A stretch of 64,000 bases of DNA from SAR202 cluster bacterium Io17-Chloro-G4. Its GTDB lineage: Bacteria > Chloroflexota > Dehalococcoidia > Lucifugimonadales > UBA3495. Made by a program: the position numbers and the translations under genes. Position 1 is the stretch's first letter; every line of letters begins with the position of its first letter. The stretch is from NCBI GenBank assembly GCA_002816455.1, contig MUCR01000018.1:1855-65854 (forward strand), written 5' to 3'. This document shows, one piece after another, positions 1 through 8,310 of the stretch. The notes beneath the pieces were generated by a model. The model saw nothing but the letters and a program-made list of their open reading frames with translations. It made no database searches and had not been told where the DNA came from.

Positions 1-25
1 TGTTTAGCTATTTAGGTCCCTAACG

Positions 26-949
26 CTAGCGGCCTACCGTCTTAATGGAATCACAACCCTCAAGCGCATCTCCGTCTTTGGTTAGTCCGCTGAGGCAGGC
101 CTCGGTATCCCCTTGCTGGATTCCGGTGTCTTGAGTGCGGAAATGGAGGACCATATCGGTGTCCCCATCTTTGTCCACATCCTCCAAATGGGCCTTGTTG
201 TGGGCTTCTGACGCCCCGTCCGGACCAAACAGTACGGTGGAAGCATCAATTGTGGTAGCGTCGAAATCGTCCATGGTGAGGACGGCTACCGGTATGACAC
301 CCTTGCCCCTGGGATTAATCGGATTGGTGTTGCTGCCCGGCTTAACATCGATATCTGCTTCAATAGATCCGCCGCCATCTGGCTCGTACTCCACCACGAA
401 GCCCTTGACGAGGTTGGTCACATCGTTCCAGTGACCGTCCCACACAAAAGACTCCTCTGGCGTAGACTGAGGCCCGCTGTGCCAGAAGTGTGCGTAGTCT
501 TCCCCACAGTTCGGACCGCATGAGTTGTTCGGCTCGCCCGACGACCAATTCGTGTAACTCCAGGCCTCACCCGTTACCCACTCCCATCCTCCATCGGCGG
601 TTCCATCCCCGCCCCCGGGCTGGTGGGCACCTATGTAGGCGCCTCCTTCGAATACACCATCAGCGTTTTCTATTGCTGTCGGCAAATGCTCCACGATAAA
701 AGCGGTCTCAGCTGCGGACGTGATGGTGGCCAAATGCCCACCCATCGCTTCAGCAGCGAGTTTCGCGTCAGTCCAGGTCAGCTTGTCATCTCCTCCCAAG
801 TACTCGTAGCAATGGCCAGTCGCATCGTCGCAGACGGGAATCGCGGTACTATGAGATGCTCCGGCGCTGCCTTCTAAAAATAGTGCCATCACTGCGACGA
901 TTGCCAGCAAAAGAGCGAAATACCTAGGCCTCGGGATGATTCCGGTCAT
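26..949 (-). CDS. secreted C-type lectin domain protein with C-terminal Asp-rich (Ca-binding-like) domain
   Basis: ORF 26..985. AAGGAGG just upstream of the ATG at 949 favours this internal start. Hydrophobic signal YFALLLAIVAVMALFLEGSAGA. CTLD hallmarks WTDAKLAAEAMGGHLATI, GEPNN (EPN) and HWNDV (WND). C-terminal DVDKDGDTD loop. Confidence 0.8.
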   Translation of the reverse strand: MTGIIPRPRYFALLLAIVAVMALFLEGSAGASHSTAIPVCDDATGHCYEYLGGDDKLTWTDAKLAAEAMGGHLATITSAAETAFIVEHLPTAIENADGVFEGGAYIGAHQPGGGDGTADGGWEWVTGEAWSYTNWSSGEPNNSCGPNCGEDYAHFWHSGPQSTPEESFVWDGHWNDVTNLVKGFVVEYEPDGGGSIEADIDVKPGSNTNPINPRGKGVIPVAVLTMDDFDATTIDASTVLFGPDGASEAHNKAHLEDVDKDGDTDMVLHFRTQDTGIQQGDTEACLSGLTKDGDALEGCDSIKTVGR

Positions 950-1131
950 AATTCCTCCTTCGATTTGGACGGAGCCTCTAAACACCGTGCCCCTGAGAAT
1001 CCTCCATAGCCAACCTGTTCGTTTTCATTATGTGTGATAAATTTGCCGCACACGAGTGGTAGAGTTCTATATTTATCCTCTAGAACATACGATCTTGATT
1101 TCGGGGAGGACGGGGAAACTAACAGTCGATA

Positions 1132-1268
1132 ACTGGACAGAAAGTGGAGGGATTCGTAACTACTCAAGCACAGCGTTGAGGTAAGGATGCATGCAATCCG
1201 CGTGCTCTCCCGCTGCGCTACACCCCGGCTGGGAATCCTGTGTGGATTTTGCGGAGTGAGTGTTCAAC
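1132..1268 (-). repeat. conserved 137-nt upstream element, copy A (promoter-like 5' end plus tRNA-like block), 5' of the lectin gene
   Basis: Aligns end to end with 2393..2530 at roughly two-thirds identity. Perfectly shared blocks: ACTGGACAGAAA, GTGCTCTCCCG, GGATGCA, TTTGCGG. The minus strand reads GGGGUGUAGCGCAGCGGGAGAGCAC...GUUACGAAUCCCUCCAC. Confidence 0.6.
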
Positions 1269-1358
1269 CGAGGGGCGCAACGTTCGTAGCGGGATAGAGG
1301 CTACAAATCCCCAACAGGACTAGTTCAACTAAATTGCCGTTCTCGGCGGGCAATTCCC

Positions 1359-2339
1359 TCACTGGATGTTGGTCAGGTCCACTTTGTTCAAGCCAGTCAA
1401 ATCGCCTAAACCGGCAGGCAATGCCGTCATCTGGTTATTTAGCAGTTTCAGCCAAGTCAACTCAGCCAAGTTGGCAATTTCGGCTGGCAATGCTGTCAGT
1501 TGGTTGTTAGTCAGGTCCAGGGTGGTAATTGCGCTCAGGTCGCCGATCTCAGGCGGCAACGCCGTGAGCCGATTGGAAGGAAGATCGAGCCTGGTTAAGC
1601 TGGCCAATTTGCCTATCTCTGGTGGCAACTCGGTCAACTGGTTGTGTTGCAAGTCCAGATTTATCAAGCTGGTCAGATTTCCTATCTCTAGGGGCAACAC
1701 CGACAGCCGGTTGTGACCCAAGCTCAGATGGGTGAGGGTGGTGAGGTGTCCGATCTCGGGAGGCAGTGACCTCAGCTGATTGCGTGACAGGCCCAGACTT
1801 GTCAGGCTGCCGAGGTTTCCTATCTCTGGTGGCAACTCGGTCAATTGGTTGTTAGCGAGGTGCAGCCTGGTCAAATTGCCTAGCACGCCTATTTCTGAAG
1901 GCAATACGGTCAACTGGTTGTTGGTCAGGAGCAGAATGGTCAGTCCGGTCAGGTTGCTAAGCTCCGGAGGCAATGCCGTCAACTGGTTGCGTTGCAGTTC
2001 CAACTCGGTCAGACCGGTCAGTTTACCTATCTCGGGGGGCAACTCCGTTAACTGGTTGTTGCTCAGGTCTAGCCTGGTGAAGCCAGTCAGGTTGCCTATC
2101 TCGGGCGGTAATGCCGACAACCGGTTGTATGACAGGTCCAACTTAGTCAAGTTCGTCAAGTTCCCGATGTCTGGGGGCAATGCCGTCAACTGGTTGTAAC
2201 GCAAGTCGAGTTCGGTCAGGCTGGTCAAGTCGCCTATCTCAGCGGGCAAGGTCTCCAAGTCTGCCCCGCCCAGCGATAGAATAGTCGTCCCATTACTCCG
2301 AGCTCTGATTATTATTTCGGCGAGTCTATCTTGGTCCAT
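1359..2339 (-). CDS. leucine-rich repeat (LRR) protein, about 13 tandem 23-aa repeats
   Basis: 326-aa ORF with repeating LxxLxxLxLxxNQLTxLPPEIGxL units (69-bp DNA period). No signal peptide or other domain is visible. Confidence 0.9.
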   Translation of the reverse strand: MDQDRLAEIIIRARSNGTTILSLGGADLETLPAEIGDLTSLTELDLRYNQLTALPPDIGNLTNLTKLDLSYNRLSALPPEIGNLTGFTRLDLSNNQLTELPPEIGKLTGLTELELQRNQLTALPPELSNLTGLTILLLTNNQLTVLPSEIGVLGNLTRLHLANNQLTELPPEIGNLGSLTSLGLSRNQLRSLPPEIGHLTTLTHLSLGHNRLSVLPLEIGNLTSLINLDLQHNQLTELPPEIGKLASLTRLDLPSNRLTALPPEIGDLSAITTLDLTNNQLTALPAEIANLAELTWLKLLNNQMTALPAGLGDLTGLNKVDLTNIQ

Positions 2340-2392
2340 ATCGGATCCTATTTCTTTGAACTTATAATCGCAAAGATTTTTAACCGCGTCTG

Positions 2393-2530
2393 ACTGGACA
2401 GAAAATGGAGTGGTGCGTAGCTACGGAGGCGCAGCGTGTAAGCCGGGATGCACGCAAACTAGGTGCTCTCCCGATGAGCAGCGCCCCCAGCGAAAAACCA
2501 GTGTAGAAATTTGCGGTGTGGGTTGTCAAC
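2393..2530 (-). repeat. conserved upstream element, copy B, 54 nt 5' of the LRR gene start
   Basis: Homologous to 1132..1268. The minus strand begins GTTGACA-N18-TACACT (sigma70-like). It then reads GGGGGCGCUGCUCAUCGGGAGAGCACCUAGUUUGCGUGCAUCC, which resembles the 5' half of tRNA-Ala(UGC). Confidence 0.6.
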
Positions 2531-2601
2531 AAAAATAAGGCCATTCTCCCGAGTCAAAGGGGCACCAAAGCAAGCTGTGGGCCATTTTGACTGACTCTGG
2601 A

Positions 2602-2898
2602 TTACGCCGCTGCGCCCTCACTGAGAAACGCGGCCGTAGTTTCCTGGTCCATTAAGGGATGGATCTCAAACTCCGCTGGCACCAATTCGAGCCAATGGCT
2701 TAACAGCCGATGCAATTCTTCAATCGACTCTACATCGAAAAGCGCTATGGCGCCCCGGCCAACTTTGGCGTACAACGTCCGGTCTTTTATCACCCCCTGT
2801 TCCATTAGAGGCCGCGCCCATTCCCACAACCGTTGTCGATTCGACCGTGCCTCCGAAGGGCGAGTTGGCGCTGGATTAGTGATTACCAGAAAGAGCAT
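2602..2898 (-). CDS. small muconolactone-isomerase-like / DUF3303-like protein
   Basis: GGAGGA lies 6 nt upstream of the ATG at 2898; the ORF track's longer 5' extension has no support. The pattern MLFLVI...ALFDVESIEELHRLL...PAEFEIHPL is typical of the small dimeric alpha/beta-barrel family. Confidence 0.6.
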   Translation of the reverse strand: MLFLVITNPAPTRPSEARSNRQRLWEWARPLMEQGVIKDRTLYAKVGRGAIALFDVESIEELHRLLSHWLELVPAEFEIHPLMDQETTAAFLSEGAAA

Positions 2899-3005
2899 AT
2901 TATCCTCCAATATCGTTCCATTCAGTCGCCGGGGGGTTCTGGAACCGCGTTGGATATAAATACCAAATACGGAGCTAGGTAAGGACAGAGCTGAAGGAGT
3001 GATAC

Positions 3006-3048
3006 ATGAAAATAGGAGGGCCAGCTCAGCTAGCCCTCCCATTTTCAT
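3006..3048. terminator. 16-bp hairpin, probable terminator after the rhodanese gene
   Basis: ATGAAAATAGGAGGGC-N11-GCCCTCCCATTTTCAT (15/16 complementary). A GC core is flanked by U-rich segments on either strand. Confidence 0.6.
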
Positions 3049-3152
3049 GTACATGGCCTGAGTGACGGGTGAAAATTGAATTAGTTAGGTCAACCGACGC
3101 CAAGATGGACTTTCCAACCGTCATTCCGCCATTCGAATAGCTTACTCTTCAC

Positions 3153-3545
3153 CTATGCCTGGGTCGGCAACCCAGCTTCCTTCCAACCCTTCATACCGCC
3201 GTCTATGTAGGTTACGTTTGTGAATCCCATCTCTTTGAGCGCTTGTGCCCCAAGCGAAGCCATGTGGCCAAGCCCTCAAGTCGTGATGATTTTTCGTGAA
3301 CGGTCTTGTAATCTTGGGTTGCGCAAGGGCTCGGGTACCTCCAAGTCTGCGCGTATGGGGAGAGTGCCCAGAGAAATCATCAAAACGTCAGGGGCCCTAT
3401 CGGTCTCTGGTACAGATTCCGCATCTCGGACTTCAATGAGAATAGCTTCCTCGTCATCTTGAAGGCTTTGGTAGGCCTCCATAGGGGTAACTCCGGTCAC
3501 TTCGGCTTTCGCCTCATTCACCATGTCCATCCAGCTTTTTGCCAT
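3153..3545 (-). CDS. single-domain rhodanese (sulfurtransferase) with in-frame TGA at the catalytic Cys position; candidate selenoprotein
   Basis: GAGGAGG lies 8 nt upstream of the ATG at 3545. The frame reads through TGA 3276..3278 into GLGHMASLGAQALKEMGFTNVTYIDGGMKGWKEAGLPTQA and ends at TAG 3153..3155. Total length is about 130 aa, typical for a rhodanese. Confidence 0.65.
3240..3256 (-). promoter_or_regulatory. SECIS-like hairpin downstream of the rhodanese UGA
   Basis: CGCUUG-GGGCA-CAAGCG starts 19 nt 3' of the UGA and has a G-rich apical loop. Confidence 0.45.
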
Positions 3546-3697
3546 GGCCAATTTCCTCCTCACCGGGGATCTCCCGGACCATATCGACTCACCTGAGCGC
3601 GTTTAGCCCAGGAATGCCAAGAACTATAGAGCGGTAATATGCCCTCGTCAACCAGAGGATCGGGTTGATGACAACGGGTCGAGATCTTGGGCTCATG

Positions 3698-4237
3698 TCA
3701 TTTGTTGTCATCAGTTGGAGACGCCTCCAACGACAACCTCCAGAGGAGTGGGGCCAAATCCACAGTTTTATCTCCAGGCAGGTGCAACGAGAATTTACTG
3801 GAATTTTTCGACACATTTAATACCCACAAAAACTGGCCGGGATTTGCTAAGGTGTCGATTATTGGAGCGAACGCTATTAGGTCTCTGCGCCCGTTTTCAT
3901 CGATGACCGACACTTGGTCCAACCATGTTTGGTTTATGGACGTTAGGCCCGTAGAACCCGCACCGCTGATCACCAGCAACATATCCTGTGGACTTGAAGC
4001 CAATATTTCGTCGTAGAAGAATTGCTTTTTGGCGAAACTGAACGTCACTTCCACCCCATCAACACACAACGGAGCGCCGATGCCCGGGATGGGTGTTGAG
4101 GTTGGTGAGGGTATAGATGTCGCCGCAAGCGTAGGTAGAGGGGTCACCGAAGGCGCCGCAGTGGTCGGTGCGGGAGTTGGTGCCGCACTAGCTCCGCAAG
4201 CCGCCAACGCGAATGCCAAGAAGATGCCGAGGAGCAA
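3698..4237 (-). CDS. lipoprotein with Thr/Pro-rich linker, function unknown
   Basis: TTG start with a TGA stop 8 codons upstream in frame. Lipobox LAAC in MLLGIFLAFALAACG, followed by a PT-rich linker. No strong SD is visible. Confidence 0.6.
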   Translation of the reverse strand: MLLGIFLAFALAACGASAAPTPAPTTAAPSVTPLPTLAATSIPSPTSTPIPGIGAPLCVDGVEVTFSFAKKQFFYDEILASSPQDMLLVISGAGSTGLTSINQTWLDQVSVIDENGRRDLIAFAPIIDTLANPGQFLWVLNVSKNSSKFSLHLPGDKTVDLAPLLWRLSLEASPTDDNK

Positions 4238-4318
4238 GGTACCGTTTGGAGGGCCGAGGTAGTCATGATTGCGGGTCCTTCACTCGCACCAAATACAGCG
4301 CATGGAGAACTTCTCCAA

Positions 4319-4756
4319 CTAGCCCTTAGCTTCAGCAATAAAGACCGGGATGGTTCGGTCAGTTTTATCTTGGTATTCTTGATAAGGCGGGTATGCCGCC
4401 ACCGCAATATCCCAGAGCCGTTGTCTCTCGCCGGCATCTACCACTTCCCGTACCCGCATCCAGTAGACTTTAGCCTCGTCCCGAATCTCCACTTCCGGGT
4501 CCGACTTTAGATTGTGGTACCACAGGGGATGTTCCGGCGCTCCACCTCTAGATGCCACTAGTATGTAGTTGTTTCCGTCCACTGCTCTCATTAACGGTGT
4601 CTTGCGGATGGCCCCTGTCTTCCGGCCTCGATTGGTCACAATTATGACCGGCAATCCTGTATCCCTCAAAGTCAAACCTTGAGTTCCTCCGCTCCCTTCA
4701 TACAGTTCAACTTGGTCTGCCACCCATTGCGAGGGGCTGGGAATATATTCGCTCAT
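4319..4756 (-). CDS. deazaflavin (F420)-dependent nitroreductase/quinone reductase family protein (DDN-like)
   Basis: GGAGGA RBS. Motifs VIIVTNRGRKTGAIRKTPL, GGAPEHPLWYHNL and IPVFIAE are typical of PF04075-type proteins. Confidence 0.85.
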   Translation of the reverse strand: MSEYIPSPSQWVADQVELYEGSGGTQGLTLRDTGLPVIIVTNRGRKTGAIRKTPLMRAVDGNNYILVASRGGAPEHPLWYHNLKSDPEVEIRDEAKVYWMRVREVVDAGERQRLWDIAVAAYPPYQEYQDKTDRTIPVFIAEAKG

Positions 4757-4878
4757 GGTTCCTCCTAGTTGGGGTTAGTATGGCTACTATACCAAAACAA
4801 GCTGATGCGATGCTCAAGCGGACATACCACTAAATCAAGAGTTGGTCTTCCAAAAGTGGGCTTAAATCTAGTCCGCGT

Positions 4879-7800
4879 CTAATCGGACAGAAAGCGGGGC
4901 AGCTTGAAAGGCTTTTCCTCAGGAGGAGGCGGAGGAGTGACCGAAACGGAGCGCACCCCTGTGGCAGGAGTATCCGCTGGTTTTCGATCAGTTGCAGGCT
5001 GGGACCTGGGGGCTGGTTTTTGGGATCCAGCATTTTTGGATCTGCCCAAAAGACGCTTCAATAGTTGGCCGATACCCTGGCCTACACCCTGGCCGTTACT
5101 TTTAGCCTTTTCTTTTGCTCCGTTATCCGCCTGGCTCCGCTCGTCTGAGGTGGCGATCTCCGGCGCACTCCTCCTTCGGGAAGCCCTCGGCTGGATTTCT
5201 ATTTCAGCTTTTGCTTTCTCTGCCGCTTCGGCCCGTGCTCCAATCTGCTCCACTTCTCGAGCTCGGTCCGAGAGTTGCTGTTCGAGTTCGGTTGTCTGTT
5301 GGGAGGCGTCTTCTAGTTGTTTAGTAAGCTGGAAATACAGGGTGGTCAGTCTCTTCCTATCTTTCTCCACCGTTTCAGACCTGGTCTGTAAGCCTTGGAC
5401 CGCTTGAGACTGGTCCGCAACCTGCCGCTCCAGGTGCGCTATCCGTTGGCTGCTTTCTTCAATCTGAGCGTGAAGCGCTGCCGCTCTTTCTTCTGCTTCT
5501 TCCTTCTGCCTCTGGAGATTGGTAATCTCTTGAGTGCGGGCCGAAAGCTGCCGATTCAAATCTGCTGTCTGTTGGCGGCCTTCTTCCAACTGGCCGCTTA
5601 AGACTTCTTTTTCCTTATCAGATGCTTCGGCCTGAGATTGGTGGTCTTGAATTTCTTGGCTGCGTGTCGAGAGTTCTTGTTCCAGTTGGGATACCCTTTG
5701 ACGCCCCTCTTCCAGTTGGGTATCCAGATTTTCCGACCTTTCTTCGGCCGCCAAAGCTCTCATTTCGAGGCTTTGAAACTCCTGACTTTGCTCCGATAGC
5801 CGCTGCTCCAGTTCCGTCACCGTCTGCTGTGCTTGTTCTAACTGGCTGGTGAGACTGAAATACTGGCTGGTCAGGTTGTCCCGCTCTCTCTCCGAAGCGA
5901 CAGTACGGGCCTCTAAGCTTTGAACGTCCTGAGCGCGGGCTGCTAGCTGCTGTTCCAACTCGGTGATACGCCTGCTGGCTTCTTCCGATTGGGCGCCCAA
6001 GGATTCGGCTTTTTCTTCAGCGGCGTTGGAACGGAGTTGGAGTTGCTTGACTTCTTGGTCACGGGCAGCCAGTTGCTGGTCTAATTCCGCGCTACGCTGC
6101 CGGGAAACTTCCAGTAATGCGCCCAAGTCGTCTCTGCTTTGCTCGGCGTCCAGTGCGCGTGCTTCAAGGTCTTGTACCTGTTGGCTGCGGTCCGCGAGTT
6201 GTTGGTCCAACTCGGTGACTCGTCGCCGGGTCGCGTCCAACTGGGTGTTTAGGTTGTCCCGTTCTTGCTGAACGCCTTCGGCACGGAGCTCGAGGTTTTG
6301 GATTTCTTCACTCCGCGCTGCGAGTTGTTGGTCCAATTCAGCCGCACGCTGGCGACCTTCATCTAATTGGCGGTTTAGGTCGTCCCTGTCTTTGTCGCTG
6401 GCCACTGCCCGTAATTCATGGCCCTGCACTTCCTGGATTCGAGCGATCAACTGTTGGTCTAGCTCGGACGCCCTCTGCCGCCCTTCTTCTATTTGCCGGG
6501 TCAGGTTATCCCGGTCTTTTTCTGCGGCTACGGCCCGAAGTTCCAGGGCTTGAATCTCCGTGACTCGGGTGGAGAGTTGTTGGTTCAGGTCGGTAGCCCG
6601 CTGAACTGTCTCCTCCAATTGGATGCTCAGTGTTTCCGAGCCTTCTTCCGCAGCAGATGCCCGTCGCTATAAAACTTGAATTTCCTGAATTCGAGCCGAA
6701 AGTTGCTCGTCCAGTTCCGTGGCACGCTGACGTCTTTCAGCAAGCTGGCTGTTGAGATTGTCCCGGTCCTTCTCAGAGGCTACGGCATGCAGTTCATGCT
6801 CCCGGATTTCTTGGCTTCGGGTCAGGAGTTGCTGGTCCAACTCAGTGGCGCTTTGGCGTCCTTCTTCCAACTGGACGGCGAGATTATCCCGGTCCCTCTC
6901 CGCCGCAACAACGCGCCGTTCCAGTCCTTGAATTTCCTGGGACTGGTTGGAACTCTGTTGGCCTATCTCTGTGGACCGTTGCAGCGCGTCCTCTAGTTGG
7001 GCGCTGAGAGCCTCAGAGGCTTCTTCCGCAGCAGATGCCCGCTGTTCGAGACCTTGGATTTCTTGAATGCAGACGAGAGCTGGTCGTCTAGCTCGGTTGC
7101 CCGTTGGCGTCTCTCGGAAAGTTGACTATTTAGGTTATCCCTGTCCTTCTCGGCGGCCACCGCCTGTAGCTCAAGGTCCCTGATTTCTTGATTGCGGACG
7201 GCAAGTTGCTGATCCAAGTCTTTGAGACGCTGGCCTCCGTCCTCAACCTGGCCGGAGAGACTGTCTTTGTCCTTTTCGGCGCCGGCGGCGCGTCGCTCCA
7301 GGCTCTGGAGTTCTTGGTTTCGGTCCGAGAGTTGTTGCTCCAGCCCGGCCAGCCGCTGTCGGCCTTCTTCCAATTGGGCGCCCAAATTTTCCGACGAGTC
7401 TTCCGCCGCACTGGCCCGCAGTTCAAGCCCCTGCACTTCTTGAGTTCGTTCCGAGAGTTGCTGGTCTAACTCGGTTGCTCTCTGGCGCCTTTCATCAAGC
7501 TGGCTGCTCAGATTATCCCGGTCTTTCTCGACGGCTACCGCATCCAGTTCTAGCGTTTGTATTCGCTGACCGCGTTCGGCTAACTGTTGCTCCAACGTCC
7601 CGATGCGTTGCCGGCCTTCCTCGGCAACGTTGTCCTTATCCCTCTCGGCCGCGACCGCTCGCTTATCCAAATCCTGCACTTCTTGCGTGCGTTCTGAGAG
7701 TTGCTGGTCAAGTTCGGCCACCCGTTGGCGTCTTTCGGAGAGTTGGCTGTTCAAGTTCTCTTGGTCTCTGCCATGAGCCACCGCTCGTAGCTCGTGCTCC

Positions 7801-7946
7801 CGAATCTGCTGGGTGAGTTCCAATATCTGTTGACCCAACTGTTCTTCGCGCTGGCGAAGAGCGTCCAGTTGACTTCTAAGGACTTCCGGGTCTTCGTGTT
7901 GCTCTGTCAAAGTGGTTCCCTGACGACCTGACGCATTAGCGGTCAT
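4879..7946 (-). pseudogene. giant 42-aa-repeat coiled-coil protein, interrupted by one in-frame TAG (6667..6669) and one 1-nt frameshift (about 7068..7073)
   Basis: Three track ORFs (6993..7946, 6667..6870, 4879..6618) carry the same ELDQQLSxRxQEIQxLELRAVAAEKDRDNLxxQLEEGRQRAx repeat. ORFs 2 and 3 share a frame across the TAG. ORF 1 rejoins if one base is restored in ..CTCTCGTCT^GCATTCAAGAAATCCAA.. Confidence 0.75.
5210..7840 (-). repeat. about 21 tandem coding repeats of 126 bp (42 aa, six heptads), with occasional 49-aa variants
   Basis: I counted 42 residues between successive (E/D)L(D/N/E)QQL motifs in several units. Confidence 0.8.
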
Positions 7947-7963
7947 CGAATACTTCGCATACT

Positions 7964-7977
7964 CAGGGTATACCCTG
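7964..7977. promoter_or_regulatory. perfect 14-bp palindrome CAGGGTATACCCTG upstream of the coiled-coil gene (possible operator)
   Basis: Lies 18 to 31 nt upstream of the ATG at 7946, next to a CATAAT-like box. No SD is present. Confidence 0.35.
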
Positions 7978-8310
7978 GCAATTATTATGGTAAAAGCTTG
8001 GCGTTTACGCCCGTGAGCTAATCTTCAGGAGCTTCAAATGGAATTGGGACTCCCTTTGTCAGCGAGGCACGACTGAAGGTATGCGAACCAACCCAGCCAA
8101 TAATGTCGATATTCCTCCACTGACACCCAAAGTAAGGGTAGGATTCGAGCAATGTGGTTGTCAACGAGTGTGACTAGTACCCTATCCCGAGTTTGACGCA
8201 GACAATGCGTCGCCGAGCGTAGTTGCTGGAGAAGGAGCATAAATTAGTAACGCCTCGGACATCACGTTCGGGGCGTTACTAGTCTCTCGGTCCCGCTAAG
8301 TCGCTCGTGA

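Noticed and set aside
1183-1250. Functional tRNA (tRNA-Ala, or tRNA-Sec given the selenoprotein candidates) within the 137-nt elements
   Set aside because: I could not build a complete cloverleaf. The anticodon stem is unpaired in copy B, the T-arm is degenerate in both copies, the acceptor pairing is partial, and no UCA anticodon loop is present. I treat these as tRNA-like or tRNA-derived sequence only.
1366-2199. Plus-strand ORFs inside the LRR gene with their own periodic sequence (PISGGNSVNWL repeats)
   Set aside because: The periodicity is simply the reverse-complement reading of the 69-bp LRR repeat. The minus-strand product is a textbook LRR.
2899-3054. N-terminal extension of the 2602..3054 ORF (150 aa in the track)
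   Set aside because: The extension runs through the terminator hairpin at 3006..3048 and lacks an RBS. The family-typical MLFLVI start at 2898 has a GGAGGA.
6667-6669. In-frame TAG in the coiled-coil gene as pyrrolysine or programmed readthrough
   Set aside because: Nothing in the window suggests Pyl decoding. The codon sits at a repeat position occupied by Glu or Gln in sister units, so a point mutation or sequencing error is the simpler explanation.
8034-8240. 68-aa minus-strand ORF upstream of the coiled-coil gene
   Set aside because: It has no RBS and no recognisable features, and the region also contains a probable terminator hairpin (AGTAACGCC...GGCGTTACT, about 8248..8280). The evidence is insufficient to call it.
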